A stretch of DNA of 50,131 nt from an uncultured Pelagibacteraceae bacterium (GTDB taxonomy: Bacteria > Pseudomonadota > Alphaproteobacteria > Pelagibacterales > Pelagibacteraceae): the NCBI GenBank assembly GCA_902570835.1, contig CACFZQ010000001.1, positions 1 to 50,131 on the forward strand. The letters run 5' to 3'. The position numbers and the translations under genes are program-made. The notes beneath the pieces were generated by a model that worked only from the letters and a program-made list of their open reading frames with translations, ran no database searches and was not told the DNA's origin. This document shows, piece after piece, positions 39,469 through 47,232 of this stretch. Positions within the stretch are counted from its first letter, which is position 1, and each line of letters opens with the position of its first letter.

Positions 39469-39508
39469 AACAGCCCTAAACGTGTTTTTACTTTACGTTA
39501 GGGCTGTT
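39469..39508 (-). terminator. Stem-loop downstream of hup (terminator-like, weak U tract)
   Basis: AACAGCCCTAA...TTAGGGCTGTT 11-bp inverted repeat extended by ACG/CGT. Confidence 0.6.
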
Positions 39509-39517
39509 AAAAAAATA

Positions 39518-39793
39518 TTATTTATTGAATACTTCTTTTAAAGCTTTCGCTGGTAAGAATTTTACCTTCTGAGAAGCGGCGATTTGGATCTGTTCACCAG
39601 TTCTAGGGTTTCTTCCAACTCTAGCTTTTCTTTTAGCTACTTTGTACGTACCAAATCCAGCAATTTTCACTGAATCGTCACCTTTTAGAGCATCTAAAAT
39701 AGTGTTGGTAATTGTATCAAAAGTTCGCTCAGCATCTGCTTTGCTCAAGTTTAATGAGCCAGAAAGCTTAGCAATTAGTTGTTTTTTGTTCAT
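39518..39793 (-). CDS. hup: DNA-binding protein HU
   Basis: MNKKQLI, GFGTY, RKARVGRNPRTGE, KFLPAKALKE. Confidence 0.96.
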   Translation of the reverse strand: MNKKQLIAKLSGSLNLSKADAERTFDTITNTILDALKGDDSVKIAGFGTYKVAKRKARVGRNPRTGEQIQIAASQKVKFLPAKALKEVFNK

Positions 39794-39950
39794 TTTAGCT
39801 CCGGTTATGTTGGTTAATAACTATAGTTGCCATAAACGTTGATAAATCAAGCTTTTTTTTAGTGTCTCAAAAATTATGACATACAATATCTTGTTAATAT
39901 TTAAATAAACGTTGATTTTATTGATGTTTTAAACAATTTATAAAATTAAA

Positions 39951-41063
39951 TTATCTAAATAAACCAAGGTCTTTTAAGTCATTAAAGGTGGTGAAAAACA
40001 TCAACGATAGCAACAAAAACAAGCCGATTCGAAAAAAGCCTTCTTGAGTTTTTTGAGACAAAGGTCGACCTAAAACCTTTTCAAATGCATAAAACATTAA
40101 GTGTCCACCATCTAACATTGGTATAGGAAACAGATTAATTAACCCTAGACTTATTGAAATATAAGCCATCATACTAATAAAAGCCAACACTCCAAAGGTT
40201 GCAACTTGCCCTGATATCTTTGCAATCCTTATAGGGCCACCAAGTTGAGAGGTATCTGCTTTTCCCATGATCATTCCACCAATGTATTTTAATGAAGAAA
40301 CACTAACAAAATAGACTTCATTTGCTGCATGGTACAATGCTTGTGCTGGTCCTAATTTAACATGATTAATTTTATCATTGTAAGCACTTAATTTTATACC
40401 AACCATTCTTTTATTAATTTTATTTCCTAAACCATCCTCACCTTCAACAATATTAGGTTTTACTTTTAAAATTAATTCTTCGTATGAACGCTTAACTTTA
40501 AAATCTATAAAGTCACTTGTGGACATTGTGATGTATTTAGAAACTTCCATGATACTTTTAACTTCATTGCCATCAATTTCTAAAATAATATCCTCATTTT
40601 TTAATCCACCAACCATTGCAGGACTATCTTTTTGAACTTCACTGATTACAGCAGGAGTAAAATCTTTTCCAACAAAAGTATAAATACAAAAGAAGATTGC
40701 TAAAGCTAATAAAAAGTTTGCTAAAGGACCACCAAATACAATTAAAACTCTTTGATATAAAGGTTTTAAAATAAATAACTTATCTCTTTCTTCTTCATTA
40801 TACTTTTCTAAAATTTCTTCATGATCAGCTTGTGAATAAACATTACGATCTCCAAAAAATTTGACATATCCACCTAAAGGAATTGCACATACTTTCCATC
40901 TAGTCCCATGCTTATCATTCCAACCAAATAATTCTTTACCAAATCCAATAGAAAAATCAGTAACCCCAACTCCATACTTTCTTGCAAAATAATAGTGTCC
41001 ATATTCATGGATGAATACAACCACTAAAATAAGAATTAAAAATGGAACAATATAACTAAGCAT
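39951..41063 (-). CDS. rseP: RIP metalloprotease RseP (M50 family with PDZ domain)
   Basis: HEYGH, FSIGFG, IPLGGYVK, GGPIRIA, NLFPIPMLDGGH. Confidence 0.95.
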   Translation of the reverse strand: MLSYIVPFLILILVVVFIHEYGHYYFARKYGVGVTDFSIGFGKELFGWNDKHGTRWKVCAIPLGGYVKFFGDRNVYSQADHEEILEKYNEEERDKLFILKPLYQRVLIVFGGPLANFLLALAIFFCIYTFVGKDFTPAVISEVQKDSPAMVGGLKNEDIILEIDGNEVKSIMEVSKYITMSTSDFIDFKVKRSYEELILKVKPNIVEGEDGLGNKINKRMVGIKLSAYNDKINHVKLGPAQALYHAANEVYFVSVSSLKYIGGMIMGKADTSQLGGPIRIAKISGQVATFGVLAFISMMAYISISLGLINLFPIPMLDGGHLMFYAFEKVLGRPLSQKTQEGFFRIGLFLLLSLMFFTTFNDLKDLGLFR

Positions 41064-41107
41064 AATTTTATATTTTAATTGAATATCAAATTAATCACAA
41101 CCCCTCA

Positions 41108-41560
41108 TTAATCGTAATAGATCTTATCTTTTATAGTTTCTTTTAAAAAAGCCTTGGAATGACCTAATCTTCCTTTGTTAATTGGATCATTATTACATTT
41201 AACAAACCTCATTCCTCTTAAAGGATCTTTTCTAATAGGTTCAATAAAAGTAACTTTTGGATTATTATGATTTTCTCTGAGTTTTTTAATCTGTTCTGCT
41301 CTTTCAAGCTGTCTCTGTTTATTATATTTTTCTATTTCAATTTCATGATCAGATTTAACTTTTTCTTTTTTAATTTCATTAAGATTAATTTTATATTTTG
41401 AATCTAAATTTGGCTTCGTTTCACCAGCTTCTTTTTTACCAAATGTCTCATACCTTCTGCAGGCATCTTTTACCATTTGATTAAAGTTTGGCTTCGTTTC
41501 ACCAAATTTTCTTTTACGAGATTTTGATATTTTAGAACGAGCTCCGTGATTTTTTTTCAT
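41108..41560 (-). CDS. Basic hypothetical protein with a duplicated GETKPN motif
   Basis: 150-aa ORF, AAAGGAG RBS, TAATG-coupled to the upstream gene. Confidence 0.65.
   Translation of the reverse strand: MKKNHGARSKISKSRKRKFGETKPNFNQMVKDACRRYETFGKKEAGETKPNLDSKYKINLNEIKKEKVKSDHEIEIEKYNKQRQLERAEQIKKLRENHNNPKVTFIEPIRKDPLRGMRFVKCNNDPINKGRLGHSKAFLKETIKDKIYYD
41409..41504. repeat. 18-bp perfect direct repeat TTTGGCTTCGTTTCACCA (41409-41426 and 41487-41504)
   Basis: Read directly from the sequence; 78-bp period. Confidence 0.9.
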
Positions 41561-42102
41561 TATAAAACTCCTTTCTTTTTCTGCAGTCTTTTCAAGATTT
41601 CATAAAGTTTGAAGTACTTAGAGAGTAATTTATCCTCAATAGTATTCAGCTTTAAAATAGCACTGCCACCATTGCAATCTCTAGCAAAGGAAAGTCCTGA
41701 TTTTCTAATAATAATATTAGAAGATAGCATCATAGTTTTATCTCCACCTTCAACGACTTCTGCAACCTCATCTTTATATTTAGAGGCCTCATATTCTTGC
41801 ATTTCATGGTTAATGATCCCTGCTTCCAATCTAGCTATCCGCTTAAAACGTATTGAAACTTCAATCATTTTAGAAACAATTGTTTCTTGTTGAATTCCAA
41901 CTGGTTTTAATTCTTTAACCATTCGCTCAATAATATCATTGATATCGTCTATATTTTCACCAATGATCGCAATCTTTTCTGCATAAAGTCCATGTTTTAT
42001 GGAATTTAAACTAGACTTTAATTTTCCTTCTTTGCTAACAGGTCCTGTAGATTTTTTAGAATTTCTTCTGTTAGCTAATGTTTTCTTCTTACTAGTTGCC
42101 AT
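41560..42102 (-). CDS. Hypothetical protein with an N-terminal ANRRNxxKSTGPxxxEGKxxSSxNxxKHGL motif
   Basis: Motif read in the translation; GGAGG RBS before the ATG at 42102 (MATSKKK). Confidence 0.85.
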   Translation of the reverse strand: MATSKKKTLANRRNSKKSTGPVSKEGKLKSSLNSIKHGLYAEKIAIIGENIDDINDIIERMVKELKPVGIQQETIVSKMIEVSIRFKRIARLEAGIINHEMQEYEASKYKDEVAEVVEGGDKTMMLSSNIIIRKSGLSFARDCNGGSAILKLNTIEDKLLSKYFKLYEILKRLQKKKGVL

Positions 42103-42249
42103 GCAACCTCCAATCAAATTTAGTCACAGAGTAATCTCTGTGAAGATTAATTTTAAAAGTTTGAAAGGCTCACCTAGTAGGCATTATTTAAGGCCGCACA
42201 GCATTTGCTGTAAAATTATTTTATAACATAAAACTAAAATAAAAAAATA

Positions 42250-42264
42250 GAACGTTCATGGTAC
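42250..42264 (-). promoter_or_regulatory. Alphaproteobacterial LexA (SOS) box
   Basis: GAAC-GTTCATG-GTAC matches GAAC-N7-G(A/T)AC; on the minus strand it sits between TTGTCG (-35-like) and TATTTT (-10-like). Confidence 0.62.
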
Positions 42265-42423
42265 GCGACAATTTAATTATCAATAAAAATCACTCAGTAA
42301 ATACTCTAAATAAATCACACTAATAATTGTAATAATCCTTTAATAATTATTAATTAAAAGATAAAAATAATTAAGTTTTTAAATAAGGTTAATAAATAGA
42401 AATACCAAATCAAAGGAGATACT

Positions 42424-42804
42424 ATGAGTTTTGGAAAAGAAAATACAACATTTGGATTTACTATGAGAGTACCAGAAACAGATGCTGAACATGTAGATGG
42501 ATTAATTGAATCGCATGCAAATTGGATGAAGGAAACTCATTCATTGGTTGAAGCAGAAGGTAAGCTGCACACATTAGAATACTATGTAACAAAATCATCT
42601 GAGTATAATGATATGATGGATCCATCTAAAGGTACTACTGGAAATATTATATATTCTGTAAACGAAGTTCATAAAGATGGTGAACATCTAAAAAAACATA
42701 CAGAATTGGGGCAGAAATGGGAGAGAATAAATGAATTCTTTGAATTATTTTCTAAATACAGTCCTTTAGTTACAATGGGTGGAAGTGTTATTGCAAAGCT
42801 TTAA
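42424..42804 (+). CDS. Hypothetical protein, possible dimeric alpha-beta barrel (ABM/Dabb-like) fold
   Basis: Strong AAAGGAG RBS; beta-alpha-beta pattern with NEVH...HLKKH; fold is inference. Confidence 0.75.
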   Translation: MSFGKENTTFGFTMRVPETDAEHVDGLIESHANWMKETHSLVEAEGKLHTLEYYVTKSSEYNDMMDPSKGTTGNIIYSVNEVHKDGEHLKKHTELGQKWERINEFFELFSKYSPLVTMGGSVIAKL

Positions 42805-42811
42805 AAGTTTT

Positions 42812-42982
42812 TTATTTAAGACTTAAAGTTAAGAAGCAAACAATATAAAAAATAGCCATTCCAGAAAGAAATTTAGTTTCTATAGTTTTTCCAAATTTCT
42901 TATATTGAATAAAGCTTAGTATAATAAAACCAATTGCTGTCACTAAAAAATATGATGGTTCAATTGTTTCAGTTATACGCAT
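42812..42982 (-). CDS. Small (56 aa) two-helix membrane protein
   Basis: Hand-translated: MRITETIEPSYFLVTAIGFIILSFIQYKKFGKTIETKFLSGMAIFYIVCFLTLSLK*. Confidence 0.6.
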   Translation of the reverse strand: MRITETIEPSYFLVTAIGFIILSFIQYKKFGKTIETKFLSGMAIFYIVCFLTLSLK

Positions 42983-43154
42983 TTTAAATTATATTTTGTT
43001 AATTGTTATAATACATTAAATCTTCTTTACACTCAACGAGCTAGTGATGCTAGCGATTATTTGGGGAAACAGCGGGATACTCTAGTTCACACTACCTCAC
43101 AATTGAATTAATAAGAAATTAGACTTAAAGTTCAGGATTTGTTAATCTTTTAAT

Positions 43155-43628
43155 ATGAAAAAAATATTTTCACTTGTTTTGTTTTTATTTTTTTTATTTT
43201 CGGGTTGTACTGTGAGTGATAGCCAAATGAAATCGACTTCTACTAATACAGGAATAAAATTAGATAGTGAGATAAAAGAGATTATTTTTTTAAATGACCA
43301 CAAAATTAATTCAAAATTAACTGTTGAACTTATAAACAGAGGAATAAAAGTTAAACCATTTATTTCTCAGCAAAAAGTTACAGAGGCAATTGGTGAAAAT
43401 AAAATTGAATACAATGAAGCTGCTACAAGATATGGGTTAAGAATAGAGGATGATTTTAAACAAGTTTGTGTATTCTCATCTAATCAAAACAATGATTTTA
43501 CCTTTACGCTAATAGACATCAGAACGAATGATATAGTAAATATATTTCAAAAAAGAGGTCCTAATGGTAAATGCCCACCTTTAACACCAATCTATATTAC
43601 CTATGCAAATTATTTATCCAATCTATAA
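43155..43628 (+). CDS. Hypothetical lipoprotein
   Basis: MKK + hydrophobic core + FSGC lipobox; two further Cys; TAGACT-N17-TAATCT promoter-like element upstream. Confidence 0.8.
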   Translation: MKKIFSLVLFLFFLFSGCTVSDSQMKSTSTNTGIKLDSEIKEIIFLNDHKINSKLTVELINRGIKVKPFISQQKVTEAIGENKIEYNEAATRYGLRIEDDFKQVCVFSSNQNNDFTFTLIDIRTNDIVNIFQKRGPNGKCPPLTPIYITYANYLSNL

Positions 43629-43649
43629 AGGCATTTATACTCTCTGCAA

Positions 43650-46600
43650 ATGAAGAGAATTCTAATTTTTCTGGTTTTAAGCTTTTTATTTTGTTTTAAT
43701 GCATATGCTCAAAAAAATTTTGATGGTTTTTTAAAGGCTATTAATGACGCTAAAAAAATAAATATCACAATTGATTTTGAAAATACGGCAAAGTCATTTG
43801 GATACAAAGATGCTGAAGAATTCTTTTTGGAATATAAAAAAAAATATGATCTAGAGGATTTAACTATAAAAGAAGCAAAAGAATTTTTAATTGGAGCAGA
43901 CAGATCAATTCAAATTAATGAATCTGAAAAAAACCTAAAAATACTTCATAAGTTAATTCTGAAAGATAAATTAATAAGAAGAAAATATTTAAATAAAAAG
44001 AAAAATCATGCCAAAATTCTAGCAATATATTTTGATTATGAAAAAGAAATGGCCAAAATTTCAAAAAATCCTAATTTAGAAAAAATAGGAAGATTTGCCT
44101 TTCATTGGCAGTGGCACGTAGAGGAAGGTCCTGATGTTTATTATAATCAAGAAAGTGAAGCGTTAGAAGGTTGTGAAGAAAATAGATTAAAAAGAGGAAT
44201 TCCAGATGGAGGAGAGTGCATTCTGGTAGAGTATAGGTATCAAGATCAATTTAAAATCTTAATAAAACCTAAATATTTAAAAAAAGCAGAAGTAATTAAT
44301 AAATCAAAAAACGTACCTAAAAAAAATAGTAGTGAGATTTTTTTTTGTAAAAAAAGAGAAAATTTTCCTGGTGTTGAACCAGTATTTTTATCTTCATATG
44401 ATTTGAATAAAATCAATGGTTGTGGAGATCATAAACAGGTAGAAATTAATCAATATATAGATGAAATTTTAAATTATAGAATGCAATTAGCATCTTCATT
44501 TTGGAATGCTTCTTTTTTTAAACTTAGTTATGCAAAAAATATTATTAAAGAATTTAATGAATTAGATTTAGATACAAACTATTTAATTAAAATTCTTCAA
44601 AATGAATACGGTTTTAGTAGAAAAGAATTAGATCTACAAGATAACCAATTAGCAAAATCAGAACCAAATAAAGAAACTGAGAAAGTCAAAGTTAATAAAT
44701 CAGATGATAACAACTCAATCAAAGTTTTGCTTTGTAAAAATTTTGAAAAACAATTTAAGTATGAGGTATTTTTAAAGGAAGAATACAATAATAATTGTCC
44801 AAGTAGAGCACCTATTAAAGTTAATTTTAATGAATACAAAGATAAATCGTTAGGTACTTTTTCAAGTAATTCATCTAAGTTTGGTTTATGTGTAAGAAAA
44901 AAGTTATCTAAAAAAGCATCAGAAAATACTAGTTATACACCTTTTCTTTTCTCAACATACTTACCTTGTGAAGATAACAAAAAAATATTTAGCACCATTG
45001 ATGCTAAGTTTGATGGGGCAGATATTTATATTGAGAAAAATAAATTTACCAAACATATCCTATCATTTGATGATGGGTATTTTGAAAAAAAAGTAGTTAA
45101 AAAAAGCGATGATAATTTTTTAAAAGCTATTGATGATGTCAAAGCATCACCAGAAACTTACTTAACCTTAGAGGAAGTTGATTATCTTTCAAAATCTTTA
45201 ACTAACATCAATTTTGATAACATGATGGATTTAGGTGAAAGTAATTTAATTTCATTTAGCAATGAATTACAGCATCTATTTGGAAAAAGAAAAAAATACA
45301 CAAATAAAAGAATTGCATTAAATTCACAGGAAAAAATTGCCAAAATATATGTCACAGATAAAAAATTTTTAGAAAAATACCCTTACAAAACTATATTGGG
45401 TATGGCATATTTTGAATTTTTTTATGCTGGTCAGTTTTATAAAGAAAAAGAAGATCTCCAAAAATTTAAAGAACAATTTCCAAATGTTAGTGAAAAAGAA
45501 ATCAAAGTAGTTAAAAATTTATATAATCTAAATCAATTAAGAGAAAAGATGCGTGAAAGTTTAGGCTTTACATTAGATGATAAAACTACAGATGTTATTA
45601 GAAGCTATATATCACTTAGTAAATATCTTGAAAATTCCAAACCTGAAAAAGTAAAATTAAATTCATATCAAAAAAAACAAATAAAATTATATGAAAAATT
45701 TAATAAAGAATTAGCAAATTATGAAAAAAATATAAAAATAAAAAGTAAAAATAGAATAACCGATGATAAATTTGAAAACCTATCAAAGAGGTATTATAAA
45801 AAAATATTAAAGACAAATAGCAAAATACAAAAATTAAAATCTAAAAAAAATCAGGAAAATGTTGAAATTGAAAGATTTAAATCTTTATTTAAAGATATTA
45901 CAGAAATTATATCTATTACTGATAAAAATTTAACAAATGATTATGCTGATTATCAACTTGCACTTGATAGCATTTATTTTGTTAAAGACATCCTAAGTTT
46001 AACTAAAGACAAATCTACTAAAAAAAAATATGATCAAATTTGGGACGATAACTTAAATATTGAAGAAATATTAAGTAGTGAAGAGATAAAATATTTAAAT
46101 TTATTAAATCAAAAATCAAAACTAAGAAAAATTACAAAAGAAAAACAATTCCAATCTACAGTTTTAAATCTAATAAATAACAACTACCCTGTATCAAACT
46201 TGATGGCAAAAGTTGAAGAACAATTTGAAACCAAGATAAAACCAATAAAAATTAATTATGGTTCTTTTGATGAAATGAAAAATTGGAACAAAGAAGACTG
46301 GGCTAATGCTTGGAAAGGTTCTATTCCTTTAGAATTGAATGATATTGATGGAAGTATAGTTAATTTTACAGATCAAAATGTAGAGGATTTAAAAGCTCAA
46401 CTAGCATTAAATAATTTAAAAGAATTAGTTAATACTGATGACATTGAATTTATACAATCGCAATCTCAGGATATTCAAAACTCTATTAATAATTTAAATA
46501 ACACAAATATTTCGGCTATATTAAACCAAGATTTTTCTATTACTCTTGATAATTATTCCAAAATATTAGCAGAGGATGCAATCAATAGATTTGGAGATCA

Positions 46601-47015
46601 ATTTGATGCTCAAACAATTCAAGAGATTAGAGACAATGCAAATTTTGAAAACTTAACTGCTATTATGAATATGGAGTATGGAACAAATGTAACTTCAGAG
46701 GAATATGAATCTTATTGGGAAAGTGCTCAATACATGAATAGCACATCAACATGGGGTGAAGTAACTAGAGGAGTTGATCTTATTAGTAATCTTAACTCTT
46801 ATGATGCAGCTGCAGCATTTAAAGAACTAGGAGGGGATTTACAAGCTGCTGCTGATAGTATTGCTCAAGCCGCTTCAGTTGGAATTTCTACAGATTTAGA
46901 AGCTGCTGCTCAAGGTGCTGGCTTTAATAGTTTTTCTGATGCAGTAAATGCTTATAATGAACAGTATGGAACAAATTATACAGATGAAGAAGCAAGAGAG
47001 GCTTTGGGACAATAA
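43650..47015 (+). CDS. Large secreted hypothetical protein (1121 aa) with internal repeats
   Basis: Signal peptide ending NAYA; repeated helical YGTNxTxEE module and Cys-pair modules. Confidence 0.85.
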   Translation: MKRILIFLVLSFLFCFNAYAQKNFDGFLKAINDAKKINITIDFENTAKSFGYKDAEEFFLEYKKKYDLEDLTIKEAKEFLIGADRSIQINESEKNLKILHKLILKDKLIRRKYLNKKKNHAKILAIYFDYEKEMAKISKNPNLEKIGRFAFHWQWHVEEGPDVYYNQESEALEGCEENRLKRGIPDGGECILVEYRYQDQFKILIKPKYLKKAEVINKSKNVPKKNSSEIFFCKKRENFPGVEPVFLSSYDLNKINGCGDHKQVEINQYIDEILNYRMQLASSFWNASFFKLSYAKNIIKEFNELDLDTNYLIKILQNEYGFSRKELDLQDNQLAKSEPNKETEKVKVNKSDDNNSIKVLLCKNFEKQFKYEVFLKEEYNNNCPSRAPIKVNFNEYKDKSLGTFSSNSSKFGLCVRKKLSKKASENTSYTPFLFSTYLPCEDNKKIFSTIDAKFDGADIYIEKNKFTKHILSFDDGYFEKKVVKKSDDNFLKAIDDVKASPETYLTLEEVDYLSKSLTNINFDNMMDLGESNLISFSNELQHLFGKRKKYTNKRIALNSQEKIAKIYVTDKKFLEKYPYKTILGMAYFEFFYAGQFYKEKEDLQKFKEQFPNVSEKEIKVVKNLYNLNQLREKMRESLGFTLDDKTTDVIRSYISLSKYLENSKPEKVKLNSYQKKQIKLYEKFNKELANYEKNIKIKSKNRITDDKFENLSKRYYKKILKTNSKIQKLKSKKNQENVEIERFKSLFKDITEIISITDKNLTNDYADYQLALDSIYFVKDILSLTKDKSTKKKYDQIWDDNLNIEEILSSEEIKYLNLLNQKSKLRKITKEKQFQSTVLNLINNNYPVSNLMAKVEEQFETKIKPIKINYGSFDEMKNWNKEDWANAWKGSIPLELNDIDGSIVNFTDQNVEDLKAQLALNNLKELVNTDDIEFIQSQSQDIQNSINNLNNTNISAILNQDFSITLDNYSKILAEDAINRFGDQFDAQTIQEIRDNANFENLTAIMNMEYGTNVTSEEYESYWESAQYMNSTSTWGEVTRGVDLISNLNSYDAAAAFKELGGDLQAAADSIAQAASVGISTDLEAAAQGAGFNSFSDAVNAYNEQYGTNYTDEEAREALGQ

Positions 47016-47074
47016 AATATTATAATGAAAAACTTCTATCGATCCTGGTACTTTGTTACAGGATTTTATAGGAT

Positions 47075-47095
47075 AACTCGACACAAACTCGACAC
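47075..47095. repeat. Tandem AACTCGACAC direct repeat (11-bp period)
   Basis: AACTCGACAC-A-AACTCGACAC read directly. Confidence 0.8.
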
Positions 47096-47124
47096 GAAAG
47101 AGATAAAACAAGGATTGAGGTAGT

Positions 47125-47196
47125 TTGAACAAAGAAAACGCAAGTAAACTCTGGAAAATTATTCAGGATGCTGGCGATTATTTGGAGGGACAACTT
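47125..47196 (+). pseudogene. 5' fragment of a small hypothetical gene (MNKENASKLWKIIQDAGDYLEGQL)
   Basis: GAGG RBS plus TTG start; protein-like for 24 codons, then the frame runs antisense into the next gene; pieces of the same DNA recur at 43046-43099. Confidence 0.5.
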
Positions 47197-47232
47197 CTTA
47201 AATTGCGTTTTATTAGAATACTTTGTTTAAGT

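Noticed and set aside
41409-41504. CRISPR or mini-array interpretation of the 18-bp repeat
   Set aside because: Only two units, repeat too short, 60-bp spacer, not palindromic, no cas genes.
42120-42215. tRNA or known riboswitch
   Set aside because: No cloverleaf, TTC loop or CCA end; no SAM-II/SAM-V, glycine or TPP consensus recognised.
42819-43132. 12-bp direct repeat AGACTTAAAGTT (42819 and 43121) as a target-site duplication or MerR-type operator
   Set aside because: AT-rich and short; one copy is inside a small ORF and the other overlaps a promoter -35; no full dyad.
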